From positions 30,255-94,254 of the forward strand of contig JAHFLF010000001.1 of the NCBI GenBank assembly GCA_023255625.1: a stretch of DNA of 64,000 nucleotides. Reading direction: 5' to 3'. How positions within the stretch are numbered: position 1 is the stretch's first letter; every line of letters begins with the position of its first letter. A program made the translations under genes and the position numbers. Under the pieces are notes generated by a model. That model searched no databases. It saw nothing but the letters and a program-made list of their open reading frames with translations, and was not told the origin of the DNA. Positions 27,778 to 36,847 of this stretch are shown in pieces. Origin of the DNA: Candidatus Harrisonbacteria bacterium (GTDB lineage: Bacteria; Patescibacteriota; Minisyncoccia; UBA6257; 1-14-0-10-44-23).

Positions 27778-29622
27778 TTATCTCTGCGGAGACCGTTGCG
27801 GCGGTTGTCTCTGGCCTCCCCCGCCACCCGAAGGCCGATAGCCACCATCCGGCCTTCGCTGCCCGCCGCCCTGCCGCCCTGATTGCGGAAACGGAGGTCT
27901 TTGCTGTTGCGCTTGAGGCCGAGGCGGCTGGTTGTTTTGCTGCGCCGGGCGCGGTGTTTCTTGGCTACGAACTGGTGCTGGAGGGCGCGAGGGGCGGGGC
28001 GGTTCTTTTGTCTCTTCAAATTCAATACCCATTCCAGCCAGAACATCCTGCGCGCGGGCCTGCACTTCGGCTTTTGGCTGTTTAATAATTTTCGGCGCTT
28101 TAATATCGCCCTTCTTAACTTTTTCCAGACAATCCGAGCAATACACTGGACGATTTGGATTCGGCTTAAACGGCGTTTTGGCACTTTTACCGCAGACAGA
28201 ACAGACCGACATAAAGAGCTCATCCCCCTGCTTATTAATACCAACCATATCCGGACTCTGCTGCGAGGCCTCCTCTGGTGTCTCCGCCAGTGAACTGCTC
28301 CAGCGGGTGATCTCTTGCTCAACTTTCTCCCGAGATTGCGTATACATTCGACGCGAGTGCTCAACTATTACCTCCTCGCCCGGCGCATCCACATTTGATT
28401 TGAACGGCATCAAAGTATTCGCCGAAAACGGACGAGAGTTTGTGCCCGAGACCATCAGCCGAACATAAAAATTATAGTTTGGTAGATTAACAATGTCTGG
28501 AATCATAAATTCCGGCTCTAGTTCCGGCTCGAGAAATTCAGCGTCAGAGGCACCGACGCGGAAAATAATCATTGTGCCGCAGTTACCAAAAACAGCATCG
28601 CGAACTTTGGTCGACATATCACCGGAGACCAACTGGCCGATATATTGATGAGCAATCGTCAAATTTAAACGATATTTACGCGCTTCAGAGAGCACGCCGG
28701 CAAAAGAGTCGGTCGCAAAATTTTGAAACTCGTCGACATAAAGAAAAAAATCCTTGCGCTCATGTTCCGGAATACGCACCCGTTCCATGGCGGCCAGCTG
28801 AATCTTCGTGATGAGCATTGCGCCGAGCAGCGCAGAATTATCCTCACCGATGCGCCCCTTCGAAACATTGACCAGGAAAATCTTCCGCTCATTCATCATT
28901 TTGAAAATATCAATCGTGCTGCGCGTCTGGCCAACGGTATTACGGACTAGACCGGTTGATAAAAACTGACCAACTTTGTTTTGAATTGGCGCGATGGCCT
29001 CGCTGCGGAACTTATCCTGCCACTCCTCATATTCACTGATCCAAAAAGCCCGCACGACCGGATCTTTGACATTCGCAATAATCTTTTGGCGATAATCTTT
29101 GTCAACTAATAGGCGCGGAATACCCAGCAAGGTCGTCCCCGGCGTCTCCAGGAGCGCCAAGACGGCATTATTCATAATATATTCCATTCTGGCCGACCAG
29201 ACATTGCTCCAAATTTTGGTAAAAATACCCATTAGACCGGAGGCCACCAGGTGCTTATATTTCGGATCTGGCAATTCGAGCACATTAAAACCCATCGGAA
29301 AATCAACATCGGCCGGGTTAAAATACACGACATCGTTCAGCCGCTCCTTGGGAATCATTTTTAAAATTCCCTCGACTAACTCTCCATGCGGGTCAACTAC
29401 ACAAAGACCGTCCCCGTTCATAACATCCTGCGAAATTATATTGTGCAGCATTGAAGACTTGCCTGTGCCGGTTTTACCAATCACATACATATGCTGCCGC
29501 CGGTCTTTGCGGGCAATGCCAAAAAGCCGATCTTCACCGCGAAAGTTCGTTTTACCAAAATAAACAACATCGCTCCCGGCGGCGTGGCCCTCTGCTCCGC
29601 CTCTTTGAATTGTTTCTGCCAT
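27778..29622 (-). CDS. FtsK/HerA/T4SS-coupling-protein (TraD/VirD4)-like P-loop ATPase with C-terminal CxxC-x17-CxxC zinc ribbon and RGG/Q-rich tail
   Basis: Walker A RRQHMYVIGKTGTGKSSML, then VVDPHGE, Walker B FFLYVDEFQNF, and LTIAHQYIGQL. No N-terminal TM helices. The C-terminus CSVCGK..RPVYCSDCLEKV is followed by QQRPPFPQSGRQGGGQRRPDGGYRPSGGGGG. Confidence 0.65.
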   Translation of the reverse strand: MAETIQRGGAEGHAAGSDVVYFGKTNFRGEDRLFGIARKDRRQHMYVIGKTGTGKSSMLHNIISQDVMNGDGLCVVDPHGELVEGILKMIPKERLNDVVYFNPADVDFPMGFNVLELPDPKYKHLVASGLMGIFTKIWSNVWSARMEYIMNNAVLALLETPGTTLLGIPRLLVDKDYRQKIIANVKDPVVRAFWISEYEEWQDKFRSEAIAPIQNKVGQFLSTGLVRNTVGQTRSTIDIFKMMNERKIFLVNVSKGRIGEDNSALLGAMLITKIQLAAMERVRIPEHERKDFFLYVDEFQNFATDSFAGVLSEARKYRLNLTIAHQYIGQLVSGDMSTKVRDAVFGNCGTMIIFRVGASDAEFLEPELEPEFMIPDIVNLPNYNFYVRLMVSGTNSRPFSANTLMPFKSNVDAPGEEVIVEHSRRMYTQSREKVEQEITRWSSSLAETPEEASQQSPDMVGINKQGDELFMSVCSVCGKSAKTPFKPNPNRPVYCSDCLEKVKKGDIKAPKIIKQPKAEVQARAQDVLAGMGIEFEETKEPPRPSRPPAPVRSQETPRPAQQNNQPPRPQAQQQRPPFPQSGRQGGGQRRPDGGYRPSGGGGGQRQPPQRSPQR

Positions 29623-29633
29623 GCACCAGTTGG

Positions 29634-29680
29634 TTAGTTGGTTAGCTAGTTAGTTGGTTGTTGGTTAGCCGACAGTTGGT
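29634..29680 (-). repeat. 5'-UTR repeat CTAACCAAC..CCAACTAACTAGCTAACCAAC directly upstream of the ATPase 27778..29622 start
   Basis: The same 21-mer core occurs in sense orientation directly upstream of recR (60428..60470) and at 46750..46790. Confidence 0.5.
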
Positions 29681-29738
29681 CAGTAGAGATGCTTGCTTAT
29701 TTTACCGCCTAACCGGTTAACTGTCTAACTTGCCATAA

Positions 29739-31403
29739 TCAACTTATATTCTGTTGATAACAAGGAGTGCAAGAGATCTTCTTGAAGCCAAGTTCCGGGT
29801 CATAATAATGCTCAATTTCTTTTTTGCAATAATAACAGATACCGTGCTGTGGCATGAACATCAGGCACATAGGGCGGAAGCGTTCGAATGTGCGTTGGTC
29901 AAAATGCTTCTGGGGAAGCGGAATGCCGTGCTGGCGGTAGAATGCGAGTTCATGTGGAGCGATATTGTAACTCAATTTACTTTCAACACAGATGAGCCGT
30001 TGTTTAGTAATTTCATCTTTAACATCGTCAATCAAATCCGGCAACTTATCGCTCGCAATCGCATTTTCATAGCTCGGAATAGGAGTCTCTTCCCAGCGCG
30101 CCCCCATCGCCTCTGCCTCCTTCTTGCCCATATGCGGGAAGCTCCAGCGGGCTAAAGACATGTTAAACGGGCCATATGCCATCTCAAACGGAAAAAACTT
30201 CCCCCACTCTCCCCGTTTCACCATATCCTGCTTGATCCGCTCTCTAAGTTTTTCATACTCCTCCTTCGTGTACTGTTTATTTAAAATGCAGTGTTTCTTT
30301 TTCCGTAGGCCGACACTACCAAAACAATCTTGGCACTCTTCGCAGGAATCCAGATACATGCTGTACCGGCAATTGGTCACATACATCACGCACGAATTCC
30401 CATAACTCCACTGATCGAGCAACGTCCTCGTTGATCTTTCAGTGAGCCCGCAGGAAACGACTTCGATAGAATCTTTTGCCTCGTATCCCCTGATGAGTTG
30501 ACGGCAATTTTCAGATTTTTCTACGAAACTGCAATTAGTGCAATTCTTATTTTCGGTCATAAAATTACCCCGACACGCGGTAACCTGCGTGTTAAGATTC
30601 TCCCGATGCACCGCTTCGTCCCGCAAATGTCCCCAAAACTCTTCCTTAAGTTTCTGTACTGCTGAAAATGACCGTAGATTATATTGCTTCAGTTTTTCAA
30701 AGTATTCTTCTTTGGTGTATTGCTGATTTAAAATACAATAGCGTTTATTGCGGAGATTCCAACTCATGAAGCAGTTATTGCAATTCCTGCAATCGTACAA
30801 AAACGCGCTTTCAACAGAATCGTGGGTATTAAAACAATATTTCAAGCGCCATCCTTTATAGCAATATAAACAGTCGTACGACTGCTCAATATCAAAACAG
30901 TAGGCGCAATCAATACATTCTTTCGCGGTGCTGATCCGATATCCGTAACTGACGGTTTCGTTACGGTAACCAGATCGGCACAGGTACGAATCCTTGGACT
31001 CCCACCAATCATCGGTCCATTCGCAGGCAGTATTCAGGCGGCCAAGTTGGTGCGGATGAGGCACTTTATGCTGAAGCTCGGTAAGTTGCTCTAAAAATGG
31101 CCGGTTTGGATCGTAATCCTGTCCGTACGAAAGTGGATCCCACGCGTCTGAAAGGAATTCTTCATGTTCATAGATCGGAAATTTGACGCTTTCCGGCAGC
31201 ATCGTAATTATCTGCTTTCCGCTGAGCGCTGATTTGGTTACGCGAAACCTCCCTAATATCCAAAATCCCAAGAGGCGCTTCCAGGTGCAGCCCATGCAGT
31301 CCGCGGTCGGCGGAATCCCCGCCTGCTCATACATTACCAAATCTTCCGTAGTCAACGTGAATAGTTGCGTACAATTGGCACAGAATTTATTTTGACTACT
31401 CAT
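29739..31403 (-). CDS. Cys-rich multi-zinc-ribbon family protein (554 aa, divergent member)
   Basis: ORF track. NKRYCILNQQYTKEEYFEKL and KKKHCILNKQYTKEEYEKL modules. The start overlaps the pepA stop by 8 nt. Confidence 0.8.
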   Translation of the reverse strand: MSSQNKFCANCTQLFTLTTEDLVMYEQAGIPPTADCMGCTWKRLLGFWILGRFRVTKSALSGKQIITMLPESVKFPIYEHEEFLSDAWDPLSYGQDYDPNRPFLEQLTELQHKVPHPHQLGRLNTACEWTDDWWESKDSYLCRSGYRNETVSYGYRISTAKECIDCAYCFDIEQSYDCLYCYKGWRLKYCFNTHDSVESAFLYDCRNCNNCFMSWNLRNKRYCILNQQYTKEEYFEKLKQYNLRSFSAVQKLKEEFWGHLRDEAVHRENLNTQVTACRGNFMTENKNCTNCSFVEKSENCRQLIRGYEAKDSIEVVSCGLTERSTRTLLDQWSYGNSCVMYVTNCRYSMYLDSCEECQDCFGSVGLRKKKHCILNKQYTKEEYEKLRERIKQDMVKRGEWGKFFPFEMAYGPFNMSLARWSFPHMGKKEAEAMGARWEETPIPSYENAIASDKLPDLIDDVKDEITKQRLICVESKLSYNIAPHELAFYRQHGIPLPQKHFDQRTFERFRPMCLMFMPQHGICYYCKKEIEHYYDPELGFKKISCTPCYQQNIS

Positions 31404-33018
31404 TTTTTAGAGTCTTTTTGACTTCGCTCCACTGCATGGCCAGCTCAACAAACAATCGTACGCCGTACCCGGCGGCGCCTTTTGCCAACTGCTCCTCTTC
31501 GGGGTTGGTTGTCATGCGCGGTGCCATATCGATGTGGGCAAAATTTGCGCCTTTGGCGAAGTGAGACAAAAATGCAGCAGCCGACGATGCACCGCCATAT
31601 CGCGAATTGTTTTTGTGAGTATTGGTTACATCCGCCAGATTACCCTCAACATCTTTTTCAAAATCTTCATTGAGCGGTAAGGGCCAGAGCAGATCGCCGG
31701 AATTATTGCCAATCTCTTCAAGCGCATCTTGCAATTTTTTATTTCCTTTGACGAAGAGGCCGGAAAAACGAGTACCGAGCGCAACCACGGCCGCACCGGT
31801 TAAAGTAGCAATTGTTACGATCAATTCCGGCTTCTTTGTTTTTGCATACTCAATCGCATCAGCTAAAATCACGCGCCCCTCGGCATCAGTATTGCCAATC
31901 TCAATCGTCTTGCCACCATACGCCTTGATAATGTCTCCTTGCCGATAACTCAAACCGCTGGGCATATTTTCCACCGCCGGAATCAGCCCAAGAACATTCA
32001 CTGGCAATTTTAGTTTTGCGATTGCACTAATTGCATAAATAACGGCCGCGCCACCACTCATGTCCATATGCATATCCGCCATATGATCGCCCGGCTTTAA
32101 GTTAAGACCGCCGGAATCAAAAGTTACACCCTTTCCTACTAGTGCGATCGGATGCTCACCCTTTTTGCCCCCACTGTACTCCATGATGACCAGACGCGGC
32201 GGACTGACCGATCCGGCACCAACTGCCAAAATAGCATTCATCCCTTCCTGTTTGAGCCGCTTCTCGTCAAATATAGTGACCTTGATGCTCTTATTTTCAT
32301 TCGCGACAGTCCGCGCCGCCTCGGCCATACCCTCGGGCTTTAAATCACTCGGCGGATAATTTGCAAGCGTGCGGCACTCATTTATACTTGCGGCCATAAT
32401 CTCGCCCACCTTAACCATATCGGCGCACTTCTTTGCATCGTGATATGTAGCCAAAATAACAGTTTCAACTCTTTTCCAACCCTCCGGCGGAACCTGCTTA
32501 AACTGCTCACTAAAATCGTAATGAGCAAAAAGAGAATTACCAGAAATCAGCGCGCACATTCGTTCGGCGGAAATCTGCTGACTCTCGAAATCATCAGCAT
32601 AAATTGCTACTACCTTGAAACCCTCCTGCTTGGCAGTTCGTATAAAACGCCGCACGAGTAGCGCTAACTTCTTCTCATCAAAATCCGTTTCTAAAGCTAT
32701 AAAAACAAAAGCTGGCGCATCATTTAAGCGCAACAGCTTGCTTTCACCCGGTTTACGAGTCCGCGACGCGAGATAATTTTTAATCAATCGTTTATCGGCA
32801 ACGCTGAAATTCGCAAACATCTCACCAAGCATTGCTGGTTTACCCGCCTTTCCGATGGCGGGCTTTTCTTTTACATCCAACCAAACCGGCAAAAATAATA
32901 AATCAACCCTCTTTAATGACTGCTTCGTCGGCTTAGTGTCAATGTGGAATTTCATAGAGAGTAATCGCGAACAACGCGAATATAGGTAATAATGCAAATG
33001 ATACAAAGGAAAAGACAA
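31396..33018 (-). CDS. pepA: leucyl aminopeptidase (M17)
   Basis: NTDAEGRVILADAIEYA and the M17 catalytic region. Confidence 0.8.
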   Translation of the reverse strand: MSFPLYHLHYYLYSRCSRLLSMKFHIDTKPTKQSLKRVDLLFLPVWLDVKEKPAIGKAGKPAMLGEMFANFSVADKRLIKNYLASRTRKPGESKLLRLNDAPAFVFIALETDFDEKKLALLVRRFIRTAKQEGFKVVAIYADDFESQQISAERMCALISGNSLFAHYDFSEQFKQVPPEGWKRVETVILATYHDAKKCADMVKVGEIMAASINECRTLANYPPSDLKPEGMAEAARTVANENKSIKVTIFDEKRLKQEGMNAILAVGAGSVSPPRLVIMEYSGGKKGEHPIALVGKGVTFDSGGLNLKPGDHMADMHMDMSGGAAVIYAISAIAKLKLPVNVLGLIPAVENMPSGLSYRQGDIIKAYGGKTIEIGNTDAEGRVILADAIEYAKTKKPELIVTIATLTGAAVVALGTRFSGLFVKGNKKLQDALEEIGNNSGDLLWPLPLNEDFEKDVEGNLADVTNTHKNNSRYGGASSAAAFLSHFAKGANFAHIDMAPRMTTNPEEEQLAKGAAGYGVRLFVELAMQWSEVKKTLKNE

Positions 33019-33056
33019 AGAGTCCAGCCGTCGGCGCGATGGTGTATAATATCTAG

Positions 33057-33950
33057 ATGAAAACTACGGTTACTATCATCGGCGCCGGCAAAATTGGCCA
33101 GGCAATCGCCGCTATCTTAAAGAAAAAGCCAGATGTAGAAATAGCGCTCTGGGATACTGATCTGACGAAAGTCCAGAATCAGCAGCCACTTGAAAAAATC
33201 ATTCCTACCGCCGATATTATTTTTACCTGTACCCCGTTGGCGGCAACGCGGGCCGTACTCGTTGCGATCAAAAATTATCTTCCAAAAAAAGCCATCATTG
33301 TCTCGCCCTGCAAAGGAGTCGAGCAGGAAACTGGTCTCCGGATAGATGAAGTTATCGTTGATGTAGTCCCGGGCCAATGCTACGCTCTTCTGCTCGGCTC
33401 GATGCTGGCCGACGAGATGATGAGTGGTCAACCAGGAGTCGCGGCTCTCGCATGTTCAGATGAAACAGCAACTCGTTTGATCAAAGAACTTTTCAGCGGC
33501 ACGCTTTTATATCTAAAACCAACGGCTGACATCGTTGGCGCAGCTTACGCCGGCATACTCAAAAACATCTACGCAATTCTCTTTGGAGTTATCCACGGGC
33601 TGAATTATGGCGACAACGCAAAAGGATTTATCGCGGCAAAAATTATTAGCGAAATGCAGATGCTGATTTGCCTGCTCGGCGGACACGAGGACACCTGTCT
33701 TTCAGCGCCAGGCGCCGGAGACTTTTTAACTACCGGCTACAGCCCGCTCTCCCGCAACCGCCAAGTTGGAGAGGCCATCATTACCGGAAAACCATATCCG
33801 CAAACCTCTGAAGGACTGCTAGCCCTGCCAATGATTGTCAAAAAAATGGGAGCAAAAATGTCTAAATATCCCATCTTGACCGCTACTAACGCCATCGTAC
33901 TAGAACACGCAGACCCGCGCACTATCATCGAAAACCTGCTTGATCTATGA
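33057..33950 (+). CDS. gpsA: NAD(P)H-dependent glycerol-3-phosphate dehydrogenase (short)
   Basis: N-terminal Rossmann IIGAGKIGQAIAA and C-terminal GAAYAGILKNIYAILFGVIHGL resembling the GpsA GGAVKNVIAIGAG region. Confidence 0.55.
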   Translation: MKTTVTIIGAGKIGQAIAAILKKKPDVEIALWDTDLTKVQNQQPLEKIIPTADIIFTCTPLAATRAVLVAIKNYLPKKAIIVSPCKGVEQETGLRIDEVIVDVVPGQCYALLLGSMLADEMMSGQPGVAALACSDETATRLIKELFSGTLLYLKPTADIVGAAYAGILKNIYAILFGVIHGLNYGDNAKGFIAAKIISEMQMLICLLGGHEDTCLSAPGAGDFLTTGYSPLSRNRQVGEAIITGKPYPQTSEGLLALPMIVKKMGAKMSKYPILTATNAIVLEHADPRTIIENLLDL

Positions 33951-35110
33951 ATCAAAAACCGGCTGTTTTAATTCTTGATGTAGGCACAACAACAATTAAA
34001 GCATTTGTGTTTGATCAGGAACTCCATGTCCTTGGCCAAGCAAAACTAGAGCCAAAAAAAACTCGCCCGCAATCTGGCTTCGTTGAACAAGATCCGCTGG
34101 AGTTGCTCGCGCTAGCAAAGCAGGTGCTCGTACAAGCGGTGGCTATAGCAAAAATTGCGCCCGCCGAAATTTTATCTTTCGGAATCACAAATCAGAGGGA
34201 AACTGTTATCGCTTGGGATAGAGCCACCGGCGAGCCACTTTACCCGGCAATAGTCTGGGAAGATACGCGCACAGCAAAAACATGCGCTGCGTTAGAGCGC
34301 TTTACCGGCTTCGTCCGCGAAAAAACCGGCCTGCCAATTGATCCATATTTTTCTGCTACTAAAGTCAGCTGGTTATTACAACAACCGCCAGTTATCCATG
34401 CGCTGCGGGAGAAAACTCTTTGCGTCGGGACAGTTGACAGTTGGATTCTTTGGAACCTTTCAGCCGAGCATCTCCATGCCACTGATTACACCAACGCGAG
34501 CCGGACGCTTCTTTTCAATATAAAAACATTAAGCTGGGACAGCGAATTATTAAAACTCTTTGCTGTCCCGGCCGAAATTCTGCCGAAAGCGCAGCCGTCC
34601 GCCGCGAACTTCGGTTCGCTGAATACTGATATTGTCGGTGCACTAATTCCGATTCGTGCGCTTTGCGGAGATCAGCAGGCCAGCCAGTACGCCGCTGGCG
34701 TAAATGTCGGTGCAACAAAAGTAACACTAGGTACGGGAATTTTTATTTCTCAAATTATCGGAAGTAATTTCCAAATTCGACCTCCTTTTTTTACGACACT
34801 TGTGCCAAATGAAAAACAGCCCTGGTACGCGCTTGAGCAGAAAATAAATGAGTCTGGCTCGAGAATTCAGGAACTACTTGATAAAAAAATGGATCTGGCT
34901 CCGCTGCTCAAAGAGTTTTCAGAGGATGTAAATATATATTTGAAAAAACTACCGCGCCAACCGGCCGAACTTGTAATTGACGGCGGTATAACTCAAGCGC
35001 CGGCGCTCGCGGATATTCTCGCGGAGACAACTGGCTTGCCGGTGCGCCGCCAAATAATTCCAGATGGCACACCGCTTGGTATGGCAAAATTATTGTTTAG
35101 CCGCGATTAA
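33947..35110 (+). CDS. glpK: glycerol kinase-like FGGY carbohydrate kinase (truncated C-terminal domain)
   Basis: LILDVGTTTIKAFVFD...ITNQRETVIAWDRATGEPLYPAIVWEDTRT...DPYFSATKVSWLL are GlpK motifs. 387 aa against the typical ~500 aa. Confidence 0.65.
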   Translation: MNQKPAVLILDVGTTTIKAFVFDQELHVLGQAKLEPKKTRPQSGFVEQDPLELLALAKQVLVQAVAIAKIAPAEILSFGITNQRETVIAWDRATGEPLYPAIVWEDTRTAKTCAALERFTGFVREKTGLPIDPYFSATKVSWLLQQPPVIHALREKTLCVGTVDSWILWNLSAEHLHATDYTNASRTLLFNIKTLSWDSELLKLFAVPAEILPKAQPSAANFGSLNTDIVGALIPIRALCGDQQASQYAAGVNVGATKVTLGTGIFISQIIGSNFQIRPPFFTTLVPNEKQPWYALEQKINESGSRIQELLDKKMDLAPLLKEFSEDVNIYLKKLPRQPAELVIDGGITQAPALADILAETTGLPVRRQIIPDGTPLGMAKLLFSRD

Positions 35111-36810
35111 ACAACCTCGGCGTTGTAGCAAGTTTCGCAATAGACTATGTCGGGCCGGTCGGGCGCAAAACTAGTAATAAACTTATTGGCGCAGCCCGGC
35201 TTCATGCACTGGCGATCATAAAATATGGCTTTGTTGCGTTGAATAATTCGGGCGGAGTGGCGGCAATCTATGCATGTCCGTGGAAGAGGAATTTCGAACT
35301 GGCGCAAGAATTGTAACTCCGGACCAATAATGCGATACGCTTTTTTACACTCTGCACACTGAATGATCTGCTTCACGATATCATCCTGCGCATTACCAAT
35401 AGAATCCGGAAGCTGCGCAGCAGTCATCGTCGTTTGATACTCTGTTGGATTTGGTTCTTGCCACCGCGCACCAAATGCGAGCGCCTCCTCTTTAGAAAGC
35501 TTAAAATGCTCGGGGCTGATACTTTGATCGTACGCAAATGGAGAAAATTCCGGCGGAAAAAATTCACCGTATGCGTATGTCCTACCCTGTTTATCTACAT
35601 GCGGCATCGTATTCATCTGCTCAATAATTTTTTTGCGCAACGCAAAATAATCTTCTTTAGAGTATTGCTTATTCAAAATACAGTACTGCTTGTTTCTGAC
35701 TGACACGCAGCCAAATAAATTCATGGCAGTCCCGCCGCAGTGCATGCAATATTCAAAGTCTGAACCTCCGTCCCAACACTCCCAGCAGAACTTGAGGCGG
35801 GTTGCTCCCCATCCAGAGGTTGCAGATTCATAGACAAGCTCCGTGGCGCCAGTAACCGTAACATCCATAGAATCAGTAGTCGGCAGTGCCTGCGAATACT
35901 GGATATAGCGCAGATCCTGGCCCTCGGCAATCACATACCCATGGTGTACATTTTTTGAGAAGCTCACAAAATCGCCGCTGACATTTGCGTTCAACATTCC
36001 TTGCAAATTCTTGATAGGAAATGTAAGCCAAAATTCTTTTGCTTTTTGCCACGCTACTGTAAGCCCGCTCCAGGTATCAAGTTTGAGCGCTTCAAGCCGT
36101 TTAAAGTACTCCTCCTTAGTAAGCTGCTCATTATTAAAGCAATAACTCTTATTGCGCAAATTCACGCAGCCGAAACAGTCGGTGCAACCGCGACACTCCC
36201 GAGAAAACCAAATTGAAGCTGACTCGGCACAGAGCGAAGAGAAAAATGCCTTATTGCAAGAAAGCACCCAGAAACAGCCATAACAACTTTCTGACTTTTT
36301 CAGATTAGAATTATCATACGAATTTTTGCATTCATCAATCCCGTTGCCGTATCCGCAGTCTTCGTCATGATTTGCGTTGAAGACTAAATAACAATTTTTA
36401 AGCCCGTCGGCGTTACCAGAGTAATCGCTGTTAACCATATTGATAGCGGCCGAGCGATAACGCGGCACCTTTTGATTGAGCTCCTGCAGTTGCGCCAAAA
36501 ACGGCCGACTTGGATCAAAATCCTGGCCATAACTCATCGGGTCCCATCCTGTCTGCCCAAACCACTCCTTATCATCATAAATAGGAAACCCGCAATCAGC
36601 TGGATAGATACCAACCGTGTCTCTGCCGGTAGTCGCCTCCTTAATCCTAAACAACTTTCGCTCATTGCGAAACAACATTCGCCTGCGCATCCGGCACTGC
36701 GCACACCATGTAGGCGGCGGCACATCAATCTTTTTGTAAAAATCAAAATCCGCCTCTTCGATCACAAAATCTTTTTTACAGTTTTGGCAGTATCTAGTTT
36801 CCGGTCTCAT
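35107..36810 (-). CDS. Cys-rich multi-zinc-ribbon family protein (567 aa)
   Basis: ORF track; family motifs (..IVYCETCYNAEVV). Confidence 0.85.
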   Translation of the reverse strand: MRPETRYCQNCKKDFVIEEADFDFYKKIDVPPPTWCAQCRMRRRMLFRNERKLFRIKEATTGRDTVGIYPADCGFPIYDDKEWFGQTGWDPMSYGQDFDPSRPFLAQLQELNQKVPRYRSAAINMVNSDYSGNADGLKNCYLVFNANHDEDCGYGNGIDECKNSYDNSNLKKSESCYGCFWVLSCNKAFFSSLCAESASIWFSRECRGCTDCFGCVNLRNKSYCFNNEQLTKEEYFKRLEALKLDTWSGLTVAWQKAKEFWLTFPIKNLQGMLNANVSGDFVSFSKNVHHGYVIAEGQDLRYIQYSQALPTTDSMDVTVTGATELVYESATSGWGATRLKFCWECWDGGSDFEYCMHCGGTAMNLFGCVSVRNKQYCILNKQYSKEDYFALRKKIIEQMNTMPHVDKQGRTYAYGEFFPPEFSPFAYDQSISPEHFKLSKEEALAFGARWQEPNPTEYQTTMTAAQLPDSIGNAQDDIVKQIIQCAECKKAYRIIGPELQFLRQFEIPLPRTCIDCRHSARIIQRNKAIFYDRQCMKPGCANKFITSFAPDRPDIVYCETCYNAEVV

Positions 36811-36845
36811 ATTCTCTATTTACCTATTCGTACGAATAAGACAAT
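36811..36845 (-). promoter_or_regulatory. Second copy of the 35-bp spacer with the ATTCGTACGAAT palindrome
   Basis: Identical to 19350..19384. Confidence 0.5.
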
Positions 36846-36847
36846 GG

